Source of the DNA: an uncultured Chryseobacterium sp.
GTDB taxonomy: Bacteria; Bacteroidota; Bacteroidia; Flavobacteriales_F; PHOS-HE28
Reading direction: 5' to 3'
Assembly (NCBI GenBank): GCA_964592515.1
Contig: CAZQFG010000002.1
Coordinates: forward strand, 1-48,688
Length of the DNA: 48,688 nt
The translations under genes were made by a program, and so were the position numbers. The notes below the pieces were generated by a model. The model worked only from the letters and a program-made list of their open reading frames with translations. It did not search any database and was not told the DNA's origin. Below, in pieces: positions 27,381 to 35,477 of this stretch. Position 1 is the stretch's first letter, and every line of letters starts with the position of its first letter.

Positions 27381-27742
27381 TGATGACCAGGAAAATACTC
27401 CTAATGCTTCTGGCCCTGGGGGTCATGTTACCCATGAAGGCGCAGGACAAAAAGAACGCGCATCTTGATATCCGCACCAGCACGGTGTGTGATATGTGCG
27501 AGAAGACCATAGAGACCGAGCTCATCTACGAGAAGGGTGTGAAAAAGGTGGATGTGGACCTGGCCACGAACACCATTCATGTGGAGTATGATGCCCGGAA
27601 GACCTCGCCGGAGACCATCCGCCTGGCCGTGACCAAGCTGGGATACTATGCCGATGATATACCCGGCGACCCCAAGGCTTTTGCGAAGTTGCCTGCCTGT
27701 TGCCAGAAGGAAGGATGCGGGAAACCTGTTGAAAAGCACTGA
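27380..27742 (+). CDS. Secreted heavy-metal-associated (HMA) domain protein
   Basis: 120 aa with a signal peptide. It has the HMA ferredoxin-like fold with a CxxC (VCDMCEKTIE) and a Cys-rich C-terminus (CCQKEGCG). Its start overlaps the receptor stop by 1 nt (TAATG). Confidence 0.85.
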   Translation: MMTRKILLMLLALGVMLPMKAQDKKNAHLDIRTSTVCDMCEKTIETELIYEKGVKKVDVDLATNTIHVEYDARKTSPETIRLAVTKLGYYADDIPGDPKAFAKLPACCQKEGCGKPVEKH

Positions 27743-27744
27743 TC

Positions 27745-28263
27745 ATGGCACTCGTTCGCACTGTTCGTGGGTTCACGCCCGAGTTCGCCGATGAGCCCTT
27801 CCTCGCCGAGACCGCCGTTGTGATCGGTGACGTGCGCATGGGAGTGGGCTGTAGCGTTTGGTACAATGCTGTGGTGCGTGGTGATGTGCACAGTATCCGC
27901 ATCGGCGACCGCGTCAATATCCAGGACGGAGCCGTTCTGCATTGCACCTATCAACGCGCGCCGCTCACGATCGGCAACGATGTGAGCATCGGCCACAACG
28001 CCATTGTACATGGCTGTACCATCCATGACAAGGTGCTGGTAGGCATGGGTGCCATCGTGATGGACAATGCACAGATCGGTGAAGGAAGCGTGATCGCCGC
28101 AGGCGCCGTGGTGTTGCAGAACACGGTGGTGCCACCGGGCAGTCTTATGGCAGGTGTGCCTGCCAGGCGAGTGCGCGAGGTCGGCGAGGACCTTTCGAAG
28201 AACGAGATCGAACGGATCGCAGCGAATTACCGGCTCTATGCTTCCTGGTTCAAGGAAGATTGA
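27745..28263 (+). CDS. Gamma-carbonic-anhydrase-family (left-handed beta-helix, hexapeptide-repeat) protein
   Basis: 172 aa. Hexapeptide repeats with the conserved VWYNAVVRGD and IGHNAIVHGC segments typical of YrdA/PaaY-like proteins. Confidence 0.88.
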   Translation: MALVRTVRGFTPEFADEPFLAETAVVIGDVRMGVGCSVWYNAVVRGDVHSIRIGDRVNIQDGAVLHCTYQRAPLTIGNDVSIGHNAIVHGCTIHDKVLVGMGAIVMDNAQIGEGSVIAAGAVVLQNTVVPPGSLMAGVPARRVREVGEDLSKNEIERIAANYRLYASWFKED

Positions 28264-29080
28264 GCACGTCGCCTGACCAATGTGCCGCGCGCACCTCGGT
28301 GCTGCCCAGTCCAAGGCGCTCCAGCAGCACATGGAAGTTGGCTGGCTCGCCACTGGTCCAGCAGGTCAATGAGCCATTCGACGCGGGTGTGGTGGTAAGC
28401 GCCTTGCTTTCCAACAGCCGTTGCACTTGCCTCGCAATGGCAGGAGCGGGGTCCACGATCCGGACACACGGCCCAACGATCCGCTCGATCAGCGGGCGTA
28501 CAATGGGGTAGTGGGTGCAGCCCAATACAAGGGCATCGATGTGCTTGTCAAGCATGGGTTGCAGCCAGCCACGCAACATTTCCTCCGTTAGCGGGGTGTC
28601 CAGTTCGCCCGCTTCGATCTGCTTCACTAGTCCGGGGCAGGGTTGATGCAGCACCTGCACATCCTGGGCAAAGCGTTCCACCACACTGGCGTAGAGCTCG
28701 CTTTGGAACGTGGCCGTTGTAGCGATAACCCCCACCGTACCTGTGCGCGTGTGTTCCACGGCGGGTTTCACGGCCGGTTCCATGCCAACGAACAGATAGC
28801 CGGGATAGGCTTCACGCAATGCGGAGAGCGCCGCCGCCGAGGCGGTGTTGCAGGCGATGACCACCATCTTGCAGTCCTTCCGGCGCAAGGCATCCACAAT
28901 GCCGAAGCTGAACTTTCGGACCTCGTCCAGATGGCGCTGGCCGTAGGGCATGTGCGCCGTATCGCCGAAATAGAACAGGCGCTCCGAGGGGAGCGCCTGC
29001 CGAATAACGGAGGCTACGGTGAGCCCTCCGATGCCAGAATCGAAGATGCCGATGGGCCGATCGTCGTGGACCACGGTCAT
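28250..29080 (-). CDS. murI: Glutamate racemase
   Basis: 276 aa with IGIFDSGIGGLTV, the catalytic-Cys motifs VIACNTASA and LGCTHYP. Its 3' end overlaps the convergent gene by 14 nt. Confidence 0.95.
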   Translation of the reverse strand: MTVVHDDRPIGIFDSGIGGLTVASVIRQALPSERLFYFGDTAHMPYGQRHLDEVRKFSFGIVDALRRKDCKMVVIACNTASAAALSALREAYPGYLFVGMEPAVKPAVEHTRTGTVGVIATTATFQSELYASVVERFAQDVQVLHQPCPGLVKQIEAGELDTPLTEEMLRGWLQPMLDKHIDALVLGCTHYPIVRPLIERIVGPCVRIVDPAPAIARQVQRLLESKALTTTPASNGSLTCWTSGEPANFHVLLERLGLGSTEVRAAHWSGDVLNLP

Positions 29081-29092
29081 CCGCGTTGCCGT

Positions 29093-29599
29093 CTATTGGA
29101 TGCCGAGCTTGGCCTTTACAAGAGCCAGGATGTCCTCTCCCTTGTCAAAGTACAGTACGGAGCCGGTGCTAATGTCGAGGATGTAAGTGAAGTTGTTTGC
29201 CGCAGCCACGTCCTTGATCGCGGCGTTGGCCCTGTCCACCATCGGCTTCAATAGCTCTTCTTCCTGTTTGGCCAGGTCTTCCTGAGCCTTCTCCTGTGCA
29301 GCTTGGATCCGCTGCTCCAGTTCTTGGATCTCGCGCACGGCCATGTCCTTTTGGGTCTGGGTCATGGTCGGGGCGTCGGTTTGGGCCTTCGCCACCATTT
29401 GCTGGTACTCGGCTCCCATGGCCTTCAAACGGTCCTCCAAGGTTTTGGCGAATGCTTGCATCGTGGCTTCCGCATCCTTGCGCTCAGGCATCATCAACAT
29501 CAACTTCTGGCGATCGATGTGGCCGATCTTTAAATGTTGCGCCAGGGCGTCCTGTGCGTTGCAGAGCAGGAGGCTCAGGGCAATGATCACGTATTTCAT
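29093..29599 (-). CDS. OmpH/Skp-family periplasmic chaperone
   Basis: The track start at 29617 is a GTG overlapping the upstream stop. The ATG at 29599 gives the signal peptide MKYVIIALSLLLCNAQDALA and a coiled-coil, Gln/Glu/Lys-rich OmpH-like body. Confidence 0.85.
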   Translation of the reverse strand: MKYVIIALSLLLCNAQDALAQHLKIGHIDRQKLMLMMPERKDAEATMQAFAKTLEDRLKAMGAEYQQMVAKAQTDAPTMTQTQKDMAVREIQELEQRIQAAQEKAQEDLAKQEEELLKPMVDRANAAIKDVAAANNFTYILDISTGSVLYFDKGEDILALVKAKLGIQ

Positions 29600-29613
29600 G
29601 GGTTGGGTGTTCG

Positions 29614-30276
29614 TCACTTGGGTTGCTTGATATCCTGTCCGCCTCCACCCCGATTGTCCGGTGGGGGCTGTGTTTCGCCGTCCTTTCCGGGAGGGGTCTC
29701 CTCGGGGTCGCGGCCGAATTCCTCGTCGTCACGACCGCCCGTACCTTCTTTCCCGGGCCTGATGCCCAGTTTCCGAAGGACACTATCGCTCTTGTCGTAT
29801 TTCTCGCTGGCGAAGAGCAGGTTGCTGCTCTGTCCGCCGATGTCGAACACAGCGATGTAGCTGGTGCCCGCCACTTCCTTGATGGCGTTGTACACGCGGT
29901 CCTGGATGGGTTGTATCAGCTCCTGTCGCTTCTTGAAAAGGTCGCCGTTCGGACCGAAGCGTTTCTTCTGCAACTCGCGGGCCTCACGTTCACGCCGCTC
30001 GATCTCCTCCATGCGGGATCGTTTCATTTCCTCGGTCAGCAGGATCGCTTCGGCATTATATGCATCGCGAAGCCTCTTGATCTGCTGGTACCGCTCATCG
30101 ATCTCGTCCTGCCAGAGTTTCGAGAGCCTGTCCAATTCCTTTTGCGCAGCGCCGTACTCGGGCATCTGCTCCAGGATGTACTTCGTGTTCACGAACGCGA
30201 TACGCTGTGCAAGTACGCGCTGCGGACCACAGCACAGGGCCATCAGGACCAGGAGAAGGGGGAGCGTGCGTTTCAT
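29614..30276 (-). CDS. OmpH/Skp-family periplasmic chaperone with Gly/Pro/acidic C-terminal tail
   Basis: 220 aa with a signal peptide and an OmpH-like coiled-coil (IAFVNTKYILEQMPEY...). The last ~50 aa are low-complexity (GKEGTGGRDDEEFGRDPEETPPGKDGETQPPPDNRGGGGQ). Confidence 0.85.
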   Translation of the reverse strand: MKRTLPLLLVLMALCCGPQRVLAQRIAFVNTKYILEQMPEYGAAQKELDRLSKLWQDEIDERYQQIKRLRDAYNAEAILLTEEMKRSRMEEIERREREARELQKKRFGPNGDLFKKRQELIQPIQDRVYNAIKEVAGTSYIAVFDIGGQSSNLLFASEKYDKSDSVLRKLGIRPGKEGTGGRDDEEFGRDPEETPPGKDGETQPPPDNRGGGGQDIKQPK

Positions 30277-30303
30277 GTGAGCTTCGAAAATAGCCCGACC
30301 GGA

Positions 30304-32850
30304 TCAGAGTTCGCCAAAATCTATGCCGATCGAGAAGTGGAACTGGCTGCGGGCCATACCCGGACGGCCCGGGACATCATCCAAGCGCCAGCCGTAATCA
30401 AGGCCCATGGGTCCGAACATGGGCAGGAACAAACGCAGTCCCATGCCCGCCGAACGGTACATTTTGAAGGGGTCGAACTCTGAAAGTCCGTCCCACGTGT
30501 TCCCCGCCTCGAAGAAGCCCAGCGTGTATATGGTGGCCTGCGGGTTCAGCGATACCGGGAAACGCAATTCCGTGGTGTACTTGCCGATCATGAAATTACC
30601 TGTTTGCGGCGACAACGAGAAGTCGTCGTAACCGCGCAGGCTCACGATCTCGCGGCCGTCCAGCACAAATCCTGTGATCGGCACACCGCCCAAGTAGAAC
30701 CGATCGAAGGAGGGGTCGCCAGTGGATGAATTGTACGCGCTAAGGAAACCATAGCCCGCGCGTGTCATTAATACCAGATTATGGCCGCTCTTGCTGTTGG
30801 TGAGCTTGTTGTACCACGTGGTGGTGAACTTCATCTTGTAGAACTCCGCCCATTGCGACAGGGCATTGCCCGTGGAGAGGTTTTCCCGGTAGGTCTCGGG
30901 CTGGAAGGCGGACCAGGGTGGAGTGGCCTTCAGGGTGTAGGTGATATCTGAACCCGAGCGTGCGAAGAACGGTTGGTCCACCGAGTTGCGCGACAATTGG
31001 AACGTGTAAGAGAGCACATTGCTCTGGCCCGTGCTGAAGTCGAAGAAGACCTGACCTTGCGATCCCGTGAAATTCTGCAGGTTGTAGTTCTGGAAACCCA
31101 AGGTGTTGCGCATGATGAAGTAATCATCAGGCCACTTGATCCGTTTGCCCAGGCCCACGGTAACACCGTAGATCAGCAAGGCACTGCGCAACGGGTTCGC
31201 GATCTGGCCATCGGCGGTCTGGATGTACTTCGATGCGCCGTTGGTCTGTACCGAGTGGTAGGCCGATACGCTGAGTGAGTTGGCTTTACGCCCGCCCAGC
31301 CAGGGTTCCACGAAGCTGACACTGTAGCTCTGGAAGAACCTGCCGTTGGTCTGTGCGCGCAGGTTCAGCGTCTGGCCATCACCCGAAGGTAGAGGCTGCC
31401 AGGCCTTGGCATCGAAGAACTTCCGCATGGAGAAGTTGGTGAACGAGAGGCCCAGGGATAGCACCAATCGGCCTGCGCCCCAACCGCCGCTCAGCTCCAG
31501 GCGATCGCTGGGTTTCTCCTCCACGGTGTACTCAAGGTCAACAGTTCCCGTGCGTGCATCCTGTATCGGGTTCACGCCCAGCGATTCGGGGTTGAAGTAG
31601 CCCAACTGTGACAATTCACGCTGCGTGCGCATGATGTCGCTACGGTTGAAAAGCTGGCCCGGTTTGGTGCGGATCTCGCGGCGCACCACATGCTCGTTGG
31701 TCTTGGTGTTGCCCTTGATGATGATGTTACGGATCCGGTATTGCTTTCCCTCGCGGATGCGGATGTCCAGATCGATGCTGTCACCATCCACGAACATCTC
31801 CACTGGATCGGGGTAGAAGGCGAGGTAGCCATCATCCATATACAGCGAACTGATGTCCCGGCCGCTCGGGTTCATGTACAGTCGGCTCTCCAGTGTTTTC
31901 TTGCTGTAGATGTCGCCCTTCTTGATGTTCAGGATCTCGTGGAGCTCCTTGTCGGTGTGTTTGGTGTTGCCGGTGAAAGTGACGTTCCTGAAGTGGAACC
32001 GTCCACCTTCTTCCACGGTCACCCGCACATGCAAGCGGTCCTCACCAACGTACCATGTGGTGTCGTTGATTATGGTCGCATTACGAAAGCCGTCGTTGTT
32101 GTATGTGTCGATCACCTTGGCCTTGTCCGCCTTGTACTCCGAGGGTAGGAATTTGCTGCTGCCGAAGAAGTTCCACCACTTGCGTGAGCGGGTCTTCTTC
32201 ATGGCCCTGCGCAGCTTGTCGTCGCTCAACTCGCTGTTGCCCACGAATTCCACTTCCTGGATCTTCACCTTGGGTCCCTTCAGTACATCAAGGTCCAGTA
32301 ATACGCTATTGGGTGGTGCGCTGCGTGCTGTATCGGGCCGTTCGGTGATCCGGAGGTCCGCTTTCAGGTAGCCCTTGTCCCGGTAATACTTGCTAATGGC
32401 AGTGCGGGTGTTGGCCAAAAGCGATTCGTTCACCTGTTGTCCGCGCACCAATTGGATCTCTTCACGCAGCTTGTCGCTCTCGTTCCGGCTCACGTTGTTC
32501 AATCGATAACGCGAAAGACGTGGCTTTTCCACCACGATGATGTGCAGGAAGATGGTGCGCCCCCGGACCTCGGCCGCTTCAATGCGGATATCGCTGAACA
32601 ATTTCTGGTCCCATAGGTTACGCAATGCACGCGTCATGCGTTCACCAGGCACGGTCACCTTATCACCCACCTGCAGGCCGCTGAACAGTTTTACGGCGTT
32701 AGGGTCTGTTACAAGGGTGCCGCTCACAGTGATCCCACCGATCTCGTACTCCTGCGGGAAGTTGTGGTCCATCACCGGGCCTTGCTCGAACTGGCCAAAG
32801 GCCGGAACGAACTGGAGCAACAGGACCAGGAGCGGAAGGAGACGCATCAT
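30304..32850 (-). CDS. bamA: Outer membrane protein assembly factor BamA
   Basis: The track start at 33258 runs into uppS. The ATG-ATG at 32850/32847 gives the signal peptide MMRLLPLLVLLLQFVPAFGQ, followed by multiple POTRA domains and a surface-antigen (D15) barrel. It lies 2 nt downstream of the uppS stop. Confidence 0.93.
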   Translation of the reverse strand: MMRLLPLLVLLLQFVPAFGQFEQGPVMDHNFPQEYEIGGITVSGTLVTDPNAVKLFSGLQVGDKVTVPGERMTRALRNLWDQKLFSDIRIEAAEVRGRTIFLHIIVVEKPRLSRYRLNNVSRNESDKLREEIQLVRGQQVNESLLANTRTAISKYYRDKGYLKADLRITERPDTARSAPPNSVLLDLDVLKGPKVKIQEVEFVGNSELSDDKLRRAMKKTRSRKWWNFFGSSKFLPSEYKADKAKVIDTYNNDGFRNATIINDTTWYVGEDRLHVRVTVEEGGRFHFRNVTFTGNTKHTDKELHEILNIKKGDIYSKKTLESRLYMNPSGRDISSLYMDDGYLAFYPDPVEMFVDGDSIDLDIRIREGKQYRIRNIIIKGNTKTNEHVVRREIRTKPGQLFNRSDIMRTQRELSQLGYFNPESLGVNPIQDARTGTVDLEYTVEEKPSDRLELSGGWGAGRLVLSLGLSFTNFSMRKFFDAKAWQPLPSGDGQTLNLRAQTNGRFFQSYSVSFVEPWLGGRKANSLSVSAYHSVQTNGASKYIQTADGQIANPLRSALLIYGVTVGLGKRIKWPDDYFIMRNTLGFQNYNLQNFTGSQGQVFFDFSTGQSNVLSYTFQLSRNSVDQPFFARSGSDITYTLKATPPWSAFQPETYRENLSTGNALSQWAEFYKMKFTTTWYNKLTNSKSGHNLVLMTRAGYGFLSAYNSSTGDPSFDRFYLGGVPITGFVLDGREIVSLRGYDDFSLSPQTGNFMIGKYTTELRFPVSLNPQATIYTLGFFEAGNTWDGLSEFDPFKMYRSAGMGLRLFLPMFGPMGLDYGWRLDDVPGRPGMARSQFHFSIGIDFGEL

Positions 32851-32852
32851 GT

Positions 32853-33623
32853 TCACGAGGGGGTGACCTGTTCGCTGATCAGGCCGAACCGGCGCTCGCG
32901 GTTCTGGTAATCGAGCACGGCTTGAAAAAGGTGTCCCTTGCGGAAGTCGGGCCAGAGCGTGGGGGTGAACCACAGTTCGGCGTAGGCGATCTGCCACAGG
33001 AGGAAGTTGCTGATGCGTTGCTCGCCGCTGGTGCGGATCAATAGCTCGGGGTCGGGCATGCCGTGGGTGGCAAGCTGCGCCTCGAACGCTTGTTCGTTGA
33101 TGTCCTGTGGGTCCAATCGACCGTCCTTGACGGCCTGCCCGATGCGCTGTGCGGCCTGCACCAGTTCCCAGCGGGCACTGTAGCTTAGGGCCAGGGTCAG
33201 GGTGATGCGGTCGTTCCCTGCCGTGCGGGCAATGGCATCGTTCAAGGTCTCGCGGCAACTGGCGGGCAGGCTGTCCAGATCTCCAATGGCACGCAGGCGC
33301 ACGGCGTTCTGATGCAGTTCATCCAGTTCGTTCACCACCGTGCGGACCAACAGGTCCATCAGGGCGTTCACTTCGGGCTGGGGCCGGTTCCAGTTCTCGG
33401 TGCTGAAAGCATACAGCGTGAGGTAGCGCACGCCGATCTCCGAAGCTCCGGTAAGTGCTTCGCGCACGCCGCGCACACCGTTCATGTGCCCCACGATACG
33501 CTCCTCGCCATGCTGCTTGGCCCACCTGCCGTTGCCGTCCATGATGATGGCCACGTGCTGGGGCACCCGGCCCGCATCAATGCGTCCGCGCAATTCTTCC
33601 GTCCGTGCTGTCTCTTGGTCCAA
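32853..33623 (-). CDS. uppS: Isoprenyl transferase (undecaprenyl-diphosphate synthase)
   Basis: Core motifs HVAIIMDGNGRWA and a DLLIRTSGEQRISNFLLWQ-type segment (ELLIRTSGEQRISNFLLWQIAYAEL). There is no ATG upstream of the catalytic motif other than the far-upstream track start. The TTG at 33623 gives a normal 256-aa protein and leaves 28 nt to the upstream stop. Confidence 0.88.
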   Translation of the reverse strand: MDQETARTEELRGRIDAGRVPQHVAIIMDGNGRWAKQHGEERIVGHMNGVRGVREALTGASEIGVRYLTLYAFSTENWNRPQPEVNALMDLLVRTVVNELDELHQNAVRLRAIGDLDSLPASCRETLNDAIARTAGNDRITLTLALSYSARWELVQAAQRIGQAVKDGRLDPQDINEQAFEAQLATHGMPDPELLIRTSGEQRISNFLLWQIAYAELWFTPTLWPDFRKGHLFQAVLDYQNRERRFGLISEQVTPS

Positions 33624-33651
33624 AGGATCGCAAAGTTGCCAAAAACCACCG

Positions 33652-34503
33652 TCAGCGCTTGCGGCGCATCCAGTTGTATTGTTCCTCGCAGTCGGAGAAA
33701 CGGCTGATGACGTAGGTGATGGTGAAGCCCGTGTAGTTGTACCAGTCGCGGGTGTTGCTGTCTCCGCGGGCACGGTCGGTGTTGGTAAGGCCAGGAATAT
33801 CGTCAATGCCGGATGGATCGGCCAGAAGGGCGGCCAACGGTCCGTTCTCGAAGGCGAGCAGGTCGTTGTCCACGTAAGTCCCGCTCACATCATCAATGTA
33901 ATCAGTGCCCGTGCGGCGCATACCCCATTCCAATTGCACATCCACCTTGCCCAGGTTGAATTTGAGCCCGGCCCCGAAAGGAACGGCAATTTGGTCCACT
34001 TTGTAGGTTTCGCTTCCAGGGCGGGCCGTGGTGCCCTGCCCTTCAGTGCCTAGGGGCTGTAGCTCGTACCAGGTGTCGTCCAGCTGGGCTTGAGGATTGG
34101 CCCTGAAGTAGCACAGCCCACCGAACACGAAGGGGGTCCATTTACGGCTGTCCTTGTCCTTGGACCGGTACTTGAAGAAGTTCACCTCGAAGAGCAGCGA
34201 TGCTTCGAACAAGCGCGAACGAAAGTGCAGGTCGCGGATCAGTTGCAGGGTGTCCTTCGAATCGCTGTCGTAGGCCTGCAGGGTGCCATAGAGCCCTTGC
34301 AGTCGTAGCGCCCAGCGGTCGGTTATGTTATGCCTGAAGATGATACCGCCGGCCAATTTGGTGTCCCGGGGGAAGTGGCGGGTGGGGTTGAGGTCACCGA
34401 GGTAGTAGGTGCCACCGATCGTGAGCCCCAGCTCGTTCACTTGCGCATTGAGGCTTCCACCAAGGGCGAAACCGAGCAATGCGATCAGGAGGGAGCGGTT
34501 CAT
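33652..34503 (-). CDS. DUF6089-like outer-membrane beta-barrel protein
   Basis: The ATG at 34503 gives the signal peptide MNRSLLIALLGFALGGSLNAQ and then ELGLTIGGTYYLGDLNP. The position next to uppS/bamA matches what I recall for this family. Confidence 0.65.
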   Translation of the reverse strand: MNRSLLIALLGFALGGSLNAQVNELGLTIGGTYYLGDLNPTRHFPRDTKLAGGIIFRHNITDRWALRLQGLYGTLQAYDSDSKDTLQLIRDLHFRSRLFEASLLFEVNFFKYRSKDKDSRKWTPFVFGGLCYFRANPQAQLDDTWYELQPLGTEGQGTTARPGSETYKVDQIAVPFGAGLKFNLGKVDVQLEWGMRRTGTDYIDDVSGTYVDNDLLAFENGPLAALLADPSGIDDIPGLTNTDRARGDSNTRDWYNYTGFTITYVISRFSDCEEQYNWMRRKR

Positions 34504-34582
34504 CGGGTGCACAACGCGCCGGGAACGGGCATGGTATGCCCCCGGCTTGCGGGGCCGAAAATACGCTTTGAGGGTGGTTCGG

Positions 34583-35473
34583 TCAGTGTCCGGCCGAGCC
34601 GCTCCGTAGGTCCAATCCCCAGTTGAGCTTGGTCCGCAGTGTATCCAGGAAGTCATGGCCGTCCAACAAGGCCAATTTCGCCGTGAACGGGGCCCTGCGG
34701 ATGGTCACGGTGCTGTGCCCTTCGATGCTGATGTTGCGCGAGTCGAGGTTCAGCAGGCATTTGTCCCGCCGGGCCTCCAGTTCCAACCGAATGGTGTAGT
34801 GGTCCGGCACCACGAAGGGGCGCACGTTGAGGTTGTGCGGCGAAATGGGGTTGATCACCAAGGCGTCGCTCGTTGGGTAGAGCACCGGTCCCCCGCAGCT
34901 GAGCGAATAGGCGGTGGACCCCGTTGGGGTGGCAATGATCAGGCCATCGGCCCAGTAGGTGTTCAGGTAATCGTTGCCGAGGTGCACGCGTACCGCGATC
35001 ATGGACGAACTGTCCCGCTTGTGCACGCTTACCTCGTTCAGTGCGAAGTTGTGGACGCCCAGCTGGTCGGCATGGTCGGTCACTTCCAGTAGGGATCGGT
35101 CCTGCAGTGCGTAGCGGCGCGCGCTTACGGCCGTCAAGGCCTGTTCCAGTTCCTCCAGGCGCACGTTGGAAAGGAAGCCCAATCTGCCCAGGTTGATGCC
35201 CAGCACTGGGACCTGCAGCCTGCCAACCAGTGCCACGGCGTCCAGCAGGGTGCCGTCTCCGCCCAGACCGATGACGAGGTCAAGGTCATCAGCTGCTGAC
35301 AATGCCTCGCCCAGCACGGGGTGCGGGCAGCTTTCGCCTTGTTCCTGAAGCCATTTGGCCAATTCAGGGGTCAGGCAGGGCACCAAGCTGTGGTTGAGCA
35401 TGCGCCCGAGCACCTGCACCACCGTTGGGGTAAGGGCCGGGTCCATGGAACGCCCGTGTACGCCGATGCGCAT
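34583..35473 (-). CDS. nadK: NAD kinase
   Basis: The ATG at 35473 (MRIGVHGR) gives 296 aa with the GGDGT motif (VIGLGGDGTLLDAV) and a C-terminal NAD-kinase beta-sandwich (ATPTGSTAYSLSCGGP). Confidence 0.92.
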   Translation of the reverse strand: MRIGVHGRSMDPALTPTVVQVLGRMLNHSLVPCLTPELAKWLQEQGESCPHPVLGEALSAADDLDLVIGLGGDGTLLDAVALVGRLQVPVLGINLGRLGFLSNVRLEELEQALTAVSARRYALQDRSLLEVTDHADQLGVHNFALNEVSVHKRDSSSMIAVRVHLGNDYLNTYWADGLIIATPTGSTAYSLSCGGPVLYPTSDALVINPISPHNLNVRPFVVPDHYTIRLELEARRDKCLLNLDSRNISIEGHSTVTIRRAPFTAKLALLDGHDFLDTLRTKLNWGLDLRSGSAGH

Positions 35474-35477
35474 GGGT

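Noticed and set aside
32851-33258. The 136-codon N-terminal extension of the bamA track ORF, and the similar extension of uppS at 33624-33806.
   Set aside because: The extension overlaps the uppS coding region in another frame and is Arg/Pro/His-rich. The real BamA signal peptide starts at 32850, 2 nt after the uppS stop.
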